Part shown: positions 56,628 to 64,000 of the stretch, one piece after another | How the letters are laid out: every line of letters begins with the position of its first letter | Position numbering within the stretch: the stretch's first letter is position 1 | DNA from: an uncultured Candidatus Binatia bacterium | GTDB lineage: Bacteria; Desulfobacterota; Binatia; UBA9968; JAJDTQ01 | Length of the DNA: 64,000 nucleotides | Reading direction: 5' to 3' | Assembly: GCA_965214905.1 (NCBI GenBank) | Contig: OZ243984.1 | Location: forward strand, 3,963,802 to 4,027,801 | Program-made: the position numbers and the translations under genes | The notes under the pieces: generated by a model | Told to the model about the DNA's origin: nothing | Databases searched by the model: none | Seen by the model: only the letters and a program-made list of their open reading frames with translations

Positions 56628-58394
56628 ATGAACGCGGTAATATCCAGATCCTCCGCTTCCGGCGGCGCACGGGTCAGGCTCGGATGGGCACGGGAGCATT
56701 GGGTGGCGGTCCTGGGCATCGTGCTGACCCTATGGCTCGTGCTGGCGCCGCTGGCCACCCTTGTCATCTTCAGCTTTCGACTCGGAAACCCCTGGGACCC
56801 CGGCGGGTTCACCCTCGATCACTACACCAGCGCTTATTCGAACCCGCAAACCTGGTCCATGTTCTTCAACACGGCCGTGCTGGCCGGGTTCAGCACGGCC
56901 ATTTCCGTGGCCTTGGCCACCTTCTTCGCCTTTCTCACCGAGCGAACCGACATGCCGTTCCGGAACGTCGCCTGGGGCTTGATACTCGTCCCCATGGCCA
57001 TACCCGGACTGCTCTTTGCCGTGTCCTGGACCTTTCTGCTGTCGCCGCAGATCGGTCTTTTCAACATCTGGATGCGAGGCATCACGGGATGGTTCGGGGT
57101 CGAGTTCACCACGGGCCCGCTGAACATCTACAGCCTTTGGGGCATGGTCCTGCTGGAAGGGTTGAGAGGCGTCACCACGACGTTCCTGATCATGGTGGGC
57201 GCTTTCCGGGCCATGGACCCGAGCCTGGAGGAGGCGGCCCGGGTGGCCGGCGCCTCCGGTCCCAGGACGTTCTTCGGCATCTTCATCCCGCTCCTGACTC
57301 CGGCCATCTTCGGCGCCGCCATGTACAGCTTCATGACGCACCTCGAGTCGTTGGAGATCCCCCTGGTCATCGGCCTGCCGGCGGGGATCCACGTCTTTCC
57401 CACCTATATCTTCTACACCACCCAGCGGTACACGCCTCCCGAGTTCGGGCTGTCCGCGGCCCTGGGCGCCAGCTTCCTCCTGGTCAGCATTCTTCTGGTC
57501 TACGCGTACCGCTACGCCACGAGACAGGAAGGGCGCTTCGCCACCATCACCGGCAAGGGCTACCGGCCGCGGCTCACGGCGCTGGGCAAATGGCGCTATG
57601 CGGCGTTGGCCGTTTTTCTCCTGTACTTTGCCCTGACCATCGCGGCGCCCGGCTTCGTGCTCTTCTGGAGCTCCCTGCTCCCCGTCTACATGCCTCCCTC
57701 GTGGGAGCTTCTGCCGGATTTGACGCTGGAGCACTACCGGGAGGTCCTTTTCGACGGCGACGTTCTCGACGCCACCTTCAACACCCTGGCGGTGGCCCTG
57801 GGGGCCGCTACTCTGACCATGCTCCTTTCCCTCATCGTCGCCTGGATCATCATCCGCAAACGCTTCCGGGGAAGATCCCTGCTCGATGCCGTTACGTTCC
57901 TTCCCCACGCCCTCCCCGGAGTGATCATCGCCATCGCGTTCATGTTCCTGTATTTGCAACCGCCGCTGAACCAGCTGCGGCTTTACGGGACGGTGTGGAT
58001 CATCATGCTGGGACTGACGGTGAGTTACATTGCCTTCGGCAGCCGCAACATGACCGGGGCGCTGGCCCAGGTTCACGTGGAGTTGGAGGAGGCGAGCCAC
58101 GTGTCCGGCGCGAGCTGGCCGACCCTGATGCGGCGGGTCGTGCTCCCGCTCGTCTTGCCGGCTTTCATCGGCGGCTGGATCTGGGTCGCGTCCCATTCCC
58201 TGCGGAACTTCTCCGTCCCGTTGATACTGGCGACGCGGGAGAACCGGGTGTTGTCCGTGGTCATGTGGCACACCTGGGAAGACGGAGATCCGGGACAGAC
58301 CGCCGCCCTCGGCGTGCTGCTCATCGTTGCCCTGGGAGTGCTGACCGTGGGCGGCCGCTGGCTGGTATCCCGCATGAGCCGGCGGCAGTCGTGA
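56628..58394 (+). CDS. ABC transporter permease, duplicated (two-domain) FbpB/ThiP-like
   Basis: 588 aa, about 12 TM segments. Two EAA-type loops (LEEAARVAGASGPRTFFGIFIPLL and LEEASHVSGASWPTLMRRVVLPL). No ATPase gene follows. Confidence 0.85.
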   Translation: MNAVISRSSASGGARVRLGWAREHWVAVLGIVLTLWLVLAPLATLVIFSFRLGNPWDPGGFTLDHYTSAYSNPQTWSMFFNTAVLAGFSTAISVALATFFAFLTERTDMPFRNVAWGLILVPMAIPGLLFAVSWTFLLSPQIGLFNIWMRGITGWFGVEFTTGPLNIYSLWGMVLLEGLRGVTTTFLIMVGAFRAMDPSLEEAARVAGASGPRTFFGIFIPLLTPAIFGAAMYSFMTHLESLEIPLVIGLPAGIHVFPTYIFYTTQRYTPPEFGLSAALGASFLLVSILLVYAYRYATRQEGRFATITGKGYRPRLTALGKWRYAALAVFLLYFALTIAAPGFVLFWSSLLPVYMPPSWELLPDLTLEHYREVLFDGDVLDATFNTLAVALGAATLTMLLSLIVAWIIIRKRFRGRSLLDAVTFLPHALPGVIIAIAFMFLYLQPPLNQLRLYGTVWIIMLGLTVSYIAFGSRNMTGALAQVHVELEEASHVSGASWPTLMRRVVLPLVLPAFIGGWIWVASHSLRNFSVPLILATRENRVLSVVMWHTWEDGDPGQTAALGVLLIVALGVLTVGGRWLVSRMSRRQS

Positions 58395-58457
58395 GCGCGG
58401 CCGGAGGATGGGATTGGTTGACGAAGGAATGGCCGGGAGTTAAGGAAAAGGGGTTGC

Positions 58458-58544
58458 GCCGGGATGGTGGAATAGGTAGACACACGGGACTTAAAATCCC
58501 GCGGGCCTCGGCCTGTGCCGGTTCAAGTCCGGCTCCCGGCACCA
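58458..58544 (+). tRNA. tRNA-Leu (anticodon UAA), class II with long variable arm, CCA encoded
   Basis: GCCGGGA-TG-GTG-GAATAGGTAGA-CAC-A-CGGGA-CTTAAAA-TCCCG-CGGGCCTCGGCCTGT-GCCGG-TTCAAGT-CCGGC-TCCCGGC-ACCA. The 7-bp acceptor stem, 3-bp D stem and TTCAAGT T-loop all pair. Confidence 0.95.
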
Positions 58545-58580
58545 GACTCGCCCGATCAATCCCTGCGCTTCCCCTGTACA

Positions 58581-60515
58581 CTACCCCCGTTCGTAAAGGA
58601 TCTCGCCCGTGGCGCCGGTGTCGTAGCCGCCCAGGGATTGCATCGTCAGCTTGAACTCCTCGGAGCGGATCACCGCCAGCAGCGTGGCGCCGGCCGGTGA
58701 TTCGTAGAACGAACGCAGCAAGAGCAGGTCATACTGCTCGTCGCCCACCGGGACGAAGTCCAGCCCCAGGGCGCCGGCCGCGGAGAGAATCCCCAGGCCG
58801 GTGTCCGCCAGACCGCTGGCAACCGCAACGGCGACCGCCATGTGGGTGAACTCCTCGCGCTCGTAACCCCGGACGGCATTCGCGTCGATGCCGAGTTGCG
58901 CGAGCTTGAAATCCAGCAGCACCCGGGTGCCGGAACCGGGCTGGCGATTGACGAACCGGAGGTCCCGGTCGCCAAGGTCGGCAATGCCGGACAATCCCAG
59001 GGGATTGCCGGCGGGCACGAGCAGGCCCTGCCGGCGCTTGACGCAGTGTACGAGCACCACGGGCAAGTCCGGGATGATCCGCTCGATGTCCCGGACATTG
59101 TAAGCGCCGGTGGCGGGATCCAGCAGGTGGGTGCCGGCCATGTGCGTCTCGCCGCGTCGGATGGAATGCAGTCCGCCGAGACTGCCGACGTTGGCCGTGG
59201 CGATCTTGAGCCGCGGGTCCCGCCGCTTGAGCTGGTCTTCCAGCACGCTGATGGAAAGGTCGTGGCTGCCGGTGCACAGCACGGTGTGCTCGATCTCCTC
59301 GGGTGAACGCAAAAGCTCGACGTCCACCTCCTCGCCGGCGTTGATTCCCTCCACCCTCCCCGGTATCCGCAGGAAGCCGTCCGCGCGCACCATGGTGCTG
59401 ATGACGCCCGCTCCCCGCGCCAGCGGGACGGCCATGAGCCGGTCTTCGACTCTTCCCAGGGTGACGCGGACGAACTCCTCCAGGCCCAGCCGGGAGGGGA
59501 TCTTGCGAGGCGCGACCGCCCGGAGCCTGGGAGGGGCGGCGGAGCCCGTTCCGAGCATGCCTTGCAACGCCGGCTGAAGGATCTCGCGCGCGATGACGAT
59601 GGCGGACACGGGGTAGCCGGGAATGCCGATGACGGGTTTTCCTCCTGCCACTCCCAGGACGGCGGGTTTCCCCGGCATCACATCGATGCCGTGCGCCAGC
59701 AGTTCGCCCTCGCCGGCGATCACCTCCGCGGTGAAGTCGTGTTCGCCGGCGGACGATCCGGCGATGAGGGCGACCAGGTGATGGGCTTTCACGGCCTCGC
59801 GGAGGGTTTGCTTCAGGAGCGCCGGATCGTCGGCGACCGCGGGAAATATGACCGCCGCACCGCCGCACTCGGCCACCATGGCTCCCAGCACGGTGGAGTT
59901 GAAGTCGATGATCTGCCCCGGCCGGGCCGTCTGTCCCGGGGCGGTGATCTCGTCGCCGGTGGGGATGAGGGCCACCTTGGGCCTGGCCTTGACGCGAACC
60001 GTGGTGTGGCCCGCCGCCAGTATCGCCCCCAGGTCATAGGGCCGCAGACGATGGTTGCGCGGCAACAGCAGCTCGGTGGCCACCACGTCCTCGCCCACCA
60101 GACGGACGTTCTGCCAGGGAGCTGCGGCCTCGTCGATGGACACGGCGGCGCCGCCGATCTCGCGCACCTTCTCGATCATGATCACCGCGTTGGCCCAGGA
60201 CGGCAGCGGCTGGCCGGTGTCCAGGTAGGCGAAGCAACCGTCGGTCCGGGTCGTGTCGGTCAGCAGCCGGAGTCGGCGGGGCGCGAATTCCGTGGCCCCG
60301 AACGTGTCCTCCGCCCGCACGCAGATCCCGTCCATGGCGGACCCGTGGTAGTGGGGGGAGGAGGTCCTGGCGAACACCGGCTCGGAAGTGATCCGGTGAA
60401 GGGCTTGGCCGACGTCCACCGTTTCGTCCTCCAGATGCGTCTCAGCGACGCGGTTCAGGAAGAGTTCCCGGGCCGCCTCCAGCGGGGTTTTCTTGAGGTA
60501 GCGTTTTCGGGCCAT
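58581..60515 (-). CDS. moeA: Molybdopterin molybdenumtransferase MoeA fused to a C-terminal periplasmic-binding-protein-like (molybdate/LysR-substrate-type) domain
   Basis: Probable start ATG 60515 (MARKRYLKKTPLEAAREL). MoeA core: SPHYHGSAMDGICVRAEDT...IPTGDEI...GKPAVLGVAGGKPVIGIPGYPVS. The C-terminal 240 aa or so, VLCTGSHDLSISVLEDQL...RFVNRQPGSGTRVLLD, looks PBP-like. Confidence 0.8.
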   Translation of the reverse strand: MARKRYLKKTPLEAARELFLNRVAETHLEDETVDVGQALHRITSEPVFARTSSPHYHGSAMDGICVRAEDTFGATEFAPRRLRLLTDTTRTDGCFAYLDTGQPLPSWANAVIMIEKVREIGGAAVSIDEAAAPWQNVRLVGEDVVATELLLPRNHRLRPYDLGAILAAGHTTVRVKARPKVALIPTGDEITAPGQTARPGQIIDFNSTVLGAMVAECGGAAVIFPAVADDPALLKQTLREAVKAHHLVALIAGSSAGEHDFTAEVIAGEGELLAHGIDVMPGKPAVLGVAGGKPVIGIPGYPVSAIVIAREILQPALQGMLGTGSAAPPRLRAVAPRKIPSRLGLEEFVRVTLGRVEDRLMAVPLARGAGVISTMVRADGFLRIPGRVEGINAGEEVDVELLRSPEEIEHTVLCTGSHDLSISVLEDQLKRRDPRLKIATANVGSLGGLHSIRRGETHMAGTHLLDPATGAYNVRDIERIIPDLPVVLVHCVKRRQGLLVPAGNPLGLSGIADLGDRDLRFVNRQPGSGTRVLLDFKLAQLGIDANAVRGYEREEFTHMAVAVAVASGLADTGLGILSAAGALGLDFVPVGDEQYDLLLLRSFYESPAGATLLAVIRSEEFKLTMQSLGGYDTGATGEILYERG

Positions 60516-60580
60516 GGCAGTTGGTGCGGGCGCGGGCGGGTTTGAAACCCACTCCTGCAAGTGTCTCGCCGGCCGGGGTA

Positions 60581-61816
60581 TCAGAAGAGCAGCACCTCCA
60601 CCTCCTCACCCTGTTCCAGCCCTTCCTGATCGAGGTCGATGCGGACCATTCCGTCGGCCTTGACCAGGGTGAAGATGGCGCCGGACTTGCTCGGCAGTGG
60701 GGAGGCGTGAAGCGTCCGGCCGTCGCTTTCGAGGGTGACCCGTACATAGTCTTCCCGGCCGGTCTGTGAGGAGACATTGGTGTCGAGCACGGCCCGGACG
60801 GTCCTTCGCGGGATGGATGCGGCGGGCCGGCGCTCGCCTCCCAGAGCCCGGATCAGCGGGTCCGCGAACAGATCGAATATCACCAGCGCGGATACGGGAT
60901 AGCCGGGAAGCCCGAGCACGGGTTTCCCGGACGCCTCGGCATAGAGGGTGGGCTTGCCCGGGCTGACGGAGATCCCGTGAAAGAAGACCCTGGCGTCGGG
61001 CAGCGAGCGGATGACCTCCACCGCCATGTCGCGGGTTCCCATGGAACTGCCTCCGGACAGAAGTACGAGATCGCCCCAGGCCAGGCCGCGCTCCAACCCG
61101 CCGCGCAAGGCGTCGCGGTCGTCGGCCACCACGCCGAGGTCGTTCAACTCGGCGCCGCACTCGGCGATGAGCCCCGCCAGCGAGTGCTGGTTGATGTTCC
61201 GCACCTGTCCGGGGCGGGGTTCCCGTTCCACCGGGACGATCTCGTCGCCGGTGGAAATGAGGGTCACCCGGGGCTTCCGGTAGACCGGCACCGACGCTAC
61301 GCCGATGCCGGTCAGCGCGCCGAGGTCGTGAGCCCGCAGGCGCCGGCCCCGAGGGAAGACCGGATCTCCCGTGCGGATATCGTCGCCGACACGGATCACG
61401 TTGAGCCACGGCGGCGCACTCCGCTGGATCTCCACCATGCCGTCGCCGGTCTCGTCGGTGTACTCCACCATCACCACGGCGTCGCTGCCGGGCGGGAGCA
61501 TGCCGCCGGTGGAGATGCGCACGGCCTCCCGGGCGCCGATCCGGCGGGTGACCTCCCGGCCCATCTCCACCGTACCCGCGAGCTTCAGATAGGCGGGCAA
61601 CCCCGGGCTGGCTCCGAAAGTATCCCGGGCGATGACGGCGTAGCCGTCCATGGCGGCCCGGTTGAAGTGGGGCAGGTCCACCTCGGAACGGAGATCCTCG
61701 GCCAGCACGCGGCCCCGGGCCTCGATGGTATCCACGAACTCGGAGTCCACGGGAACAGCCTGCCGCAGAACCTCCAGGGCTTCCGCTGGTGTAACGACCT
61801 GAAAAAAGGCTTTCAA
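60581..61816 (-). CDS. moeA: Molybdopterin molybdenumtransferase MoeA (stand-alone paralogue)
   Basis: 411 aa. Sequence: LPHFNRAAMDGYAVIARDT...ISTGDEIV...LLSGGSSMGTRD...GKPTLYAEASGKPVLGLPGYPVSA. Confidence 0.9.
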   Translation of the reverse strand: MKAFFQVVTPAEALEVLRQAVPVDSEFVDTIEARGRVLAEDLRSEVDLPHFNRAAMDGYAVIARDTFGASPGLPAYLKLAGTVEMGREVTRRIGAREAVRISTGGMLPPGSDAVVMVEYTDETGDGMVEIQRSAPPWLNVIRVGDDIRTGDPVFPRGRRLRAHDLGALTGIGVASVPVYRKPRVTLISTGDEIVPVEREPRPGQVRNINQHSLAGLIAECGAELNDLGVVADDRDALRGGLERGLAWGDLVLLSGGSSMGTRDMAVEVIRSLPDARVFFHGISVSPGKPTLYAEASGKPVLGLPGYPVSALVIFDLFADPLIRALGGERRPAASIPRRTVRAVLDTNVSSQTGREDYVRVTLESDGRTLHASPLPSKSGAIFTLVKADGMVRIDLDQEGLEQGEEVEVLLF

Positions 61817-61894
61817 GTGTCCACCGCGGCGTCGATAAGGTCGGATGGCATGGATAAAGGCATGTGCTATCGGACCGTGGCCGACGCGGCGCCG

Positions 61895-63007
61895 TCAGCG
61901 CTGCGCCAACGGCACGTTGCCGAACTTCTCGCGGATCTCTCCGGCGATGTGCTCGAGAGCCTGCTCCCGCTGATCGTAGAGACGTTTCAACTTTCGCGGT
62001 GCGTGCCTGCCGATGGCGTAGGCCGTCATCAGCGGCACGGCGATGGTGCTGTCCACGTAACACACCACCGAGTCGGGCAGTTGATCGGGATCCACCTTGC
62101 CCCAGCTCACGGCCTCCGCCGGCGTGGCGCCGGAAAGCCCGCCCGTGTCCACCCGTGCGTCGGTGATCTGGATGAAGTAGTCGAACCCCTTCTCCTCGAG
62201 TCCCAGCACTTCCTGGATGTGGGGTTCGGTCTGGAGCAGGAAGTTTTTCGGCGACCCGCCGCCGAGGATCACGGCGGCGCTTCGGCCGCCGGTGCGTTTG
62301 GCCTCGAGCACCAGGGCCGCGGACTCGTTGACGTCGCGCGAGACGTCGAAGCGCAGCCCGTTCCCTTTCAACGCCAGGGCCGCCACGTTCATGCCGATGG
62401 AACTGTCTCCGGGCGAGGACGTGTACACCGGCACCGCGCTGCGGTAGGCGGCCGCCAGTAGCGAGCGCCTTTCGAGCCCGAGGATCTTCTCTCGCTCGTC
62501 GAGATAGCGGCCCACGCGGTAGTGCATCTCCGCCGTGCCCATCTCCTTCTGGAACTCGGGGGCCTTCAGGATCTCGCGAAAGAAGTCGTCGGTGGAGATG
62601 AGCACGTCGTAATCGAAGAAAATGTCATAGATGCGTACGACGCCTTGTTCCCGCAGGTCGACGTCGTCGGCGTCGAAGGCGCCCCGGTGCATGGAAAGAC
62701 CGATGGCGAAATGGGTGTCGTGATAGAGATTCGCGCCGGTGCTGACGATCCAGTCCACGAAACCGTTCTCGATCAGCGGAATGAACGCGGTCATGCCGAG
62801 CCCGGCCGGGGTGAGGGCGCCGGTGATGCTCAGTCCCACGGTGACGTCATCGGCGAGGATCTTTTCGGTGAAGAGCTGACACGCTTCCCGCAGGCGTCCG
62901 CTGTTGTAGGAGACGAAGTTGTCGTCGATGAGATCCACGACCGTGGTCCTGTCATCGATGGGCTTCGGGTCGATCTTCCTGCCGGAAAGGAGTGAAGGCT
63001 TGGTCAT
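61895..63007 (-). CDS. Deoxyhypusine synthase-like protein (DHS / homospermidine synthase family)
   Basis: Start at ATG 63007: [19 protein letters not shown]...[14 protein letters not shown]...[13 protein letters not shown]...[10 protein letters not shown]...[16 protein letters not shown]. Confidence 0.8.
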   Translation of the reverse strand: MTKPSLLSGRKIDPKPIDDRTTVVDLIDDNFVSYNSGRLREACQLFTEKILADDVTVGLSITGALTPAGLGMTAFIPLIENGFVDWIVSTGANLYHDTHFAIGLSMHRGAFDADDVDLREQGVVRIYDIFFDYDVLISTDDFFREILKAPEFQKEMGTAEMHYRVGRYLDEREKILGLERRSLLAAAYRSAVPVYTSSPGDSSIGMNVAALALKGNGLRFDVSRDVNESAALVLEAKRTGGRSAAVILGGGSPKNFLLQTEPHIQEVLGLEEKGFDYFIQITDARVDTGGLSGATPAEAVSWGKVDPDQLPDSVVCYVDSTIAVPLMTAYAIGRHAPRKLKRLYDQREQALEHIAGEIREKFGNVPLAQR

Positions 63008-63053
63008 GTCGCGTCGATGGGAGGCAGCCGCCGCCGCGGGATGCTCCGGGAAA

Positions 63054-63833
63054 CTACCATCCCGCGGCCCGGGCCGCCTTGAGCCGCTGCTGCCGGATTT
63101 GCAGATAGGCGTTCCGCGCCGCCCCATAGGGGTCGATGCTCAACTCCAACTGCTCGTAGATCTTCATGTTCAGGGCGCGGCTGTTGACCGTGCCGACGAC
63201 CCTGACGGCCACGGGGACATAGGAGGGCGTCAAATACCCCAAGGGATTCATCAAGGAGTCGGCCGCCTTTCCCAGGCCATCCCTTACGGTGGTGGGCGGC
63301 AGCAGCGGCAGCACCAGATAGGCGCCGTGGCCGAAGCCGTAGAGGCCCAGCGTGATCCCCATGTCCTGATCGCCCGGCTCCAGCCCGAGCTTGTTGGCCA
63401 TGTCGAAGATTCCCGCGATGCCGACGGTGCTGTTGACCACGAAACGCGCCAGTTCGCGGCCGGCGGACACGGGTTTCCCCTGAAGAACGTTGTTGACCAC
63501 CTTCCGGACGACGTCGAGGTTGCCGACGGCATTGCGTATCCCCGTTTGGAACGACGTGGGGACGACCGCGGCATAGGTCAAGGCCACGGGTTTCAACACC
63601 ACCCGGTCGAAACCGAGGTTGAATTCGAAGATGTCGTCGTTGAATCGCTCGAAGGGATCGTAGTGCTGGTCCCGGGTGGACGGCTCATCGTAGCGGGACG
63701 AGTCGTCAACCGTTTCTCCGGCAAGGGTCGGTCCTCCGGGAGCGCTCCCGTCCGGATCCACCTGCGCATGGACCGGCTGGAAAAGGCCCAGATGGAGCAG
63801 CAGGAGCAGGAGTGGGAGCCGTAGGGTTCGCAT
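63054..63833 (-). CDS. mlaA: MlaA/VacJ-family outer-membrane lipoprotein
   Basis: Signal peptide [18 protein letters not shown]. Sequence: [34 protein letters not shown]...[12 protein letters not shown]. Confidence 0.85.
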   Translation of the reverse strand: MRTLRLPLLLLLLHLGLFQPVHAQVDPDGSAPGGPTLAGETVDDSSRYDEPSTRDQHYDPFERFNDDIFEFNLGFDRVVLKPVALTYAAVVPTSFQTGIRNAVGNLDVVRKVVNNVLQGKPVSAGRELARFVVNSTVGIAGIFDMANKLGLEPGDQDMGITLGLYGFGHGAYLVLPLLPPTTVRDGLGKAADSLMNPLGYLTPSYVPVAVRVVGTVNSRALNMKIYEQLELSIDPYGAARNAYLQIRQQRLKAARAAGW

Positions 63834-64000
63834 CGGCGTCGAGACGGTGAAAGTTCCGTCGAGATACCACTCCGGCCCTTTGAAATCAAGGGTTTGAAAA
63901 CCATCCCCTGATGGGATACCTTGGCTCGGCGTTCCGTCTGCAAGTCCAAGGAGAGCGGGTCCGTGGAAAAGCCCAACGTGGTCCTGGGCGTGACCGGAGG

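Noticed and set aside
63963-64000. Possible gene start GTG-GAA-AAG-CCC-AAC-GTG-GTC-CTG-GGC-GTG-ACC-GGA-GG (VEKPNVVLGVTGG, CoaBC/flavoprotein-like) after a GGAGAG RBS
   Set aside because: Only 12 codons are inside the window, too little to support a call.

Overview
64 kb, about 65% GC, gene-dense fragment of a diderm bacterial chromosome (TonB and TonB-dependent receptor, MlaA, autotransporter barrel), probably from a metagenome or long-read assembly. LEFT 13 kb is a defence island. It holds a translationally coupled minus-strand operon (<1..8032). Gene 1 encodes a 1357-aa NERD + pseudokinase + kinase + P-loop ATPase protein: the front half is PglW-like, the back half DptF-like, and a 25-nt poly-G tract sits inside the kinase glycine loop. 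Gene 2 is a 601-aa unknown. Gene 3 is a >720-aa unknown that runs off the window and is absent from the supplied ORF track. Next come 3 x 20-bp direct repeats, about 0.8 kb of non-coding debris, an orphan hicB and an IS200-like tnpA remnant. The island ends with a type I R-M locus without hsdR, in which a HEPN/MNT toxin-antitoxin pair separates hsdM from hsdS and the MNT is fused in frame to a TRD1-truncated HsdS. MIDDLE: adenine deaminase; a cobalamin-riboswitch-controlled tonB/btuB-like pair plus a btuFCD-like importer; a three-gene split-beta cobalt nitrile hydratase / thiocyanate hydrolase-like cluster; an M24 peptidase; and a lipA with an in-frame deletion of about 80 aa. It also holds a roughly 13-kb (about 4330 aa) autotransporter adhesin gene with 7.5 near-identical 681-bp Calx-beta tandem repeats and a 1-nt frameshift in a G6 run. 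RIGHT: catabolic and transport genes (TTT transporter, VOC proteins, quinone oxidoreductase, amidohydrolase, Rieske oxygenase, ABC parts); a GrdB-like selenoprotein gene with an in-frame UGA plus a GrdE-like partner; an Rpn-family nuclease; tRNA-Leu(UAA); two moeA paralogues; a deoxyhypusine-synthase-like gene; and mlaA. Most other long ORFs in the track are high-GC shadow ORFs on the opposite strand or frame. Three genes are broken by single-nucleotide indels in G runs, so homopolymer sequencing error must be excluded before any pseudogene or phase-variation claim. All family assignments rest on motifs I recognise by eye; no database search was possible.
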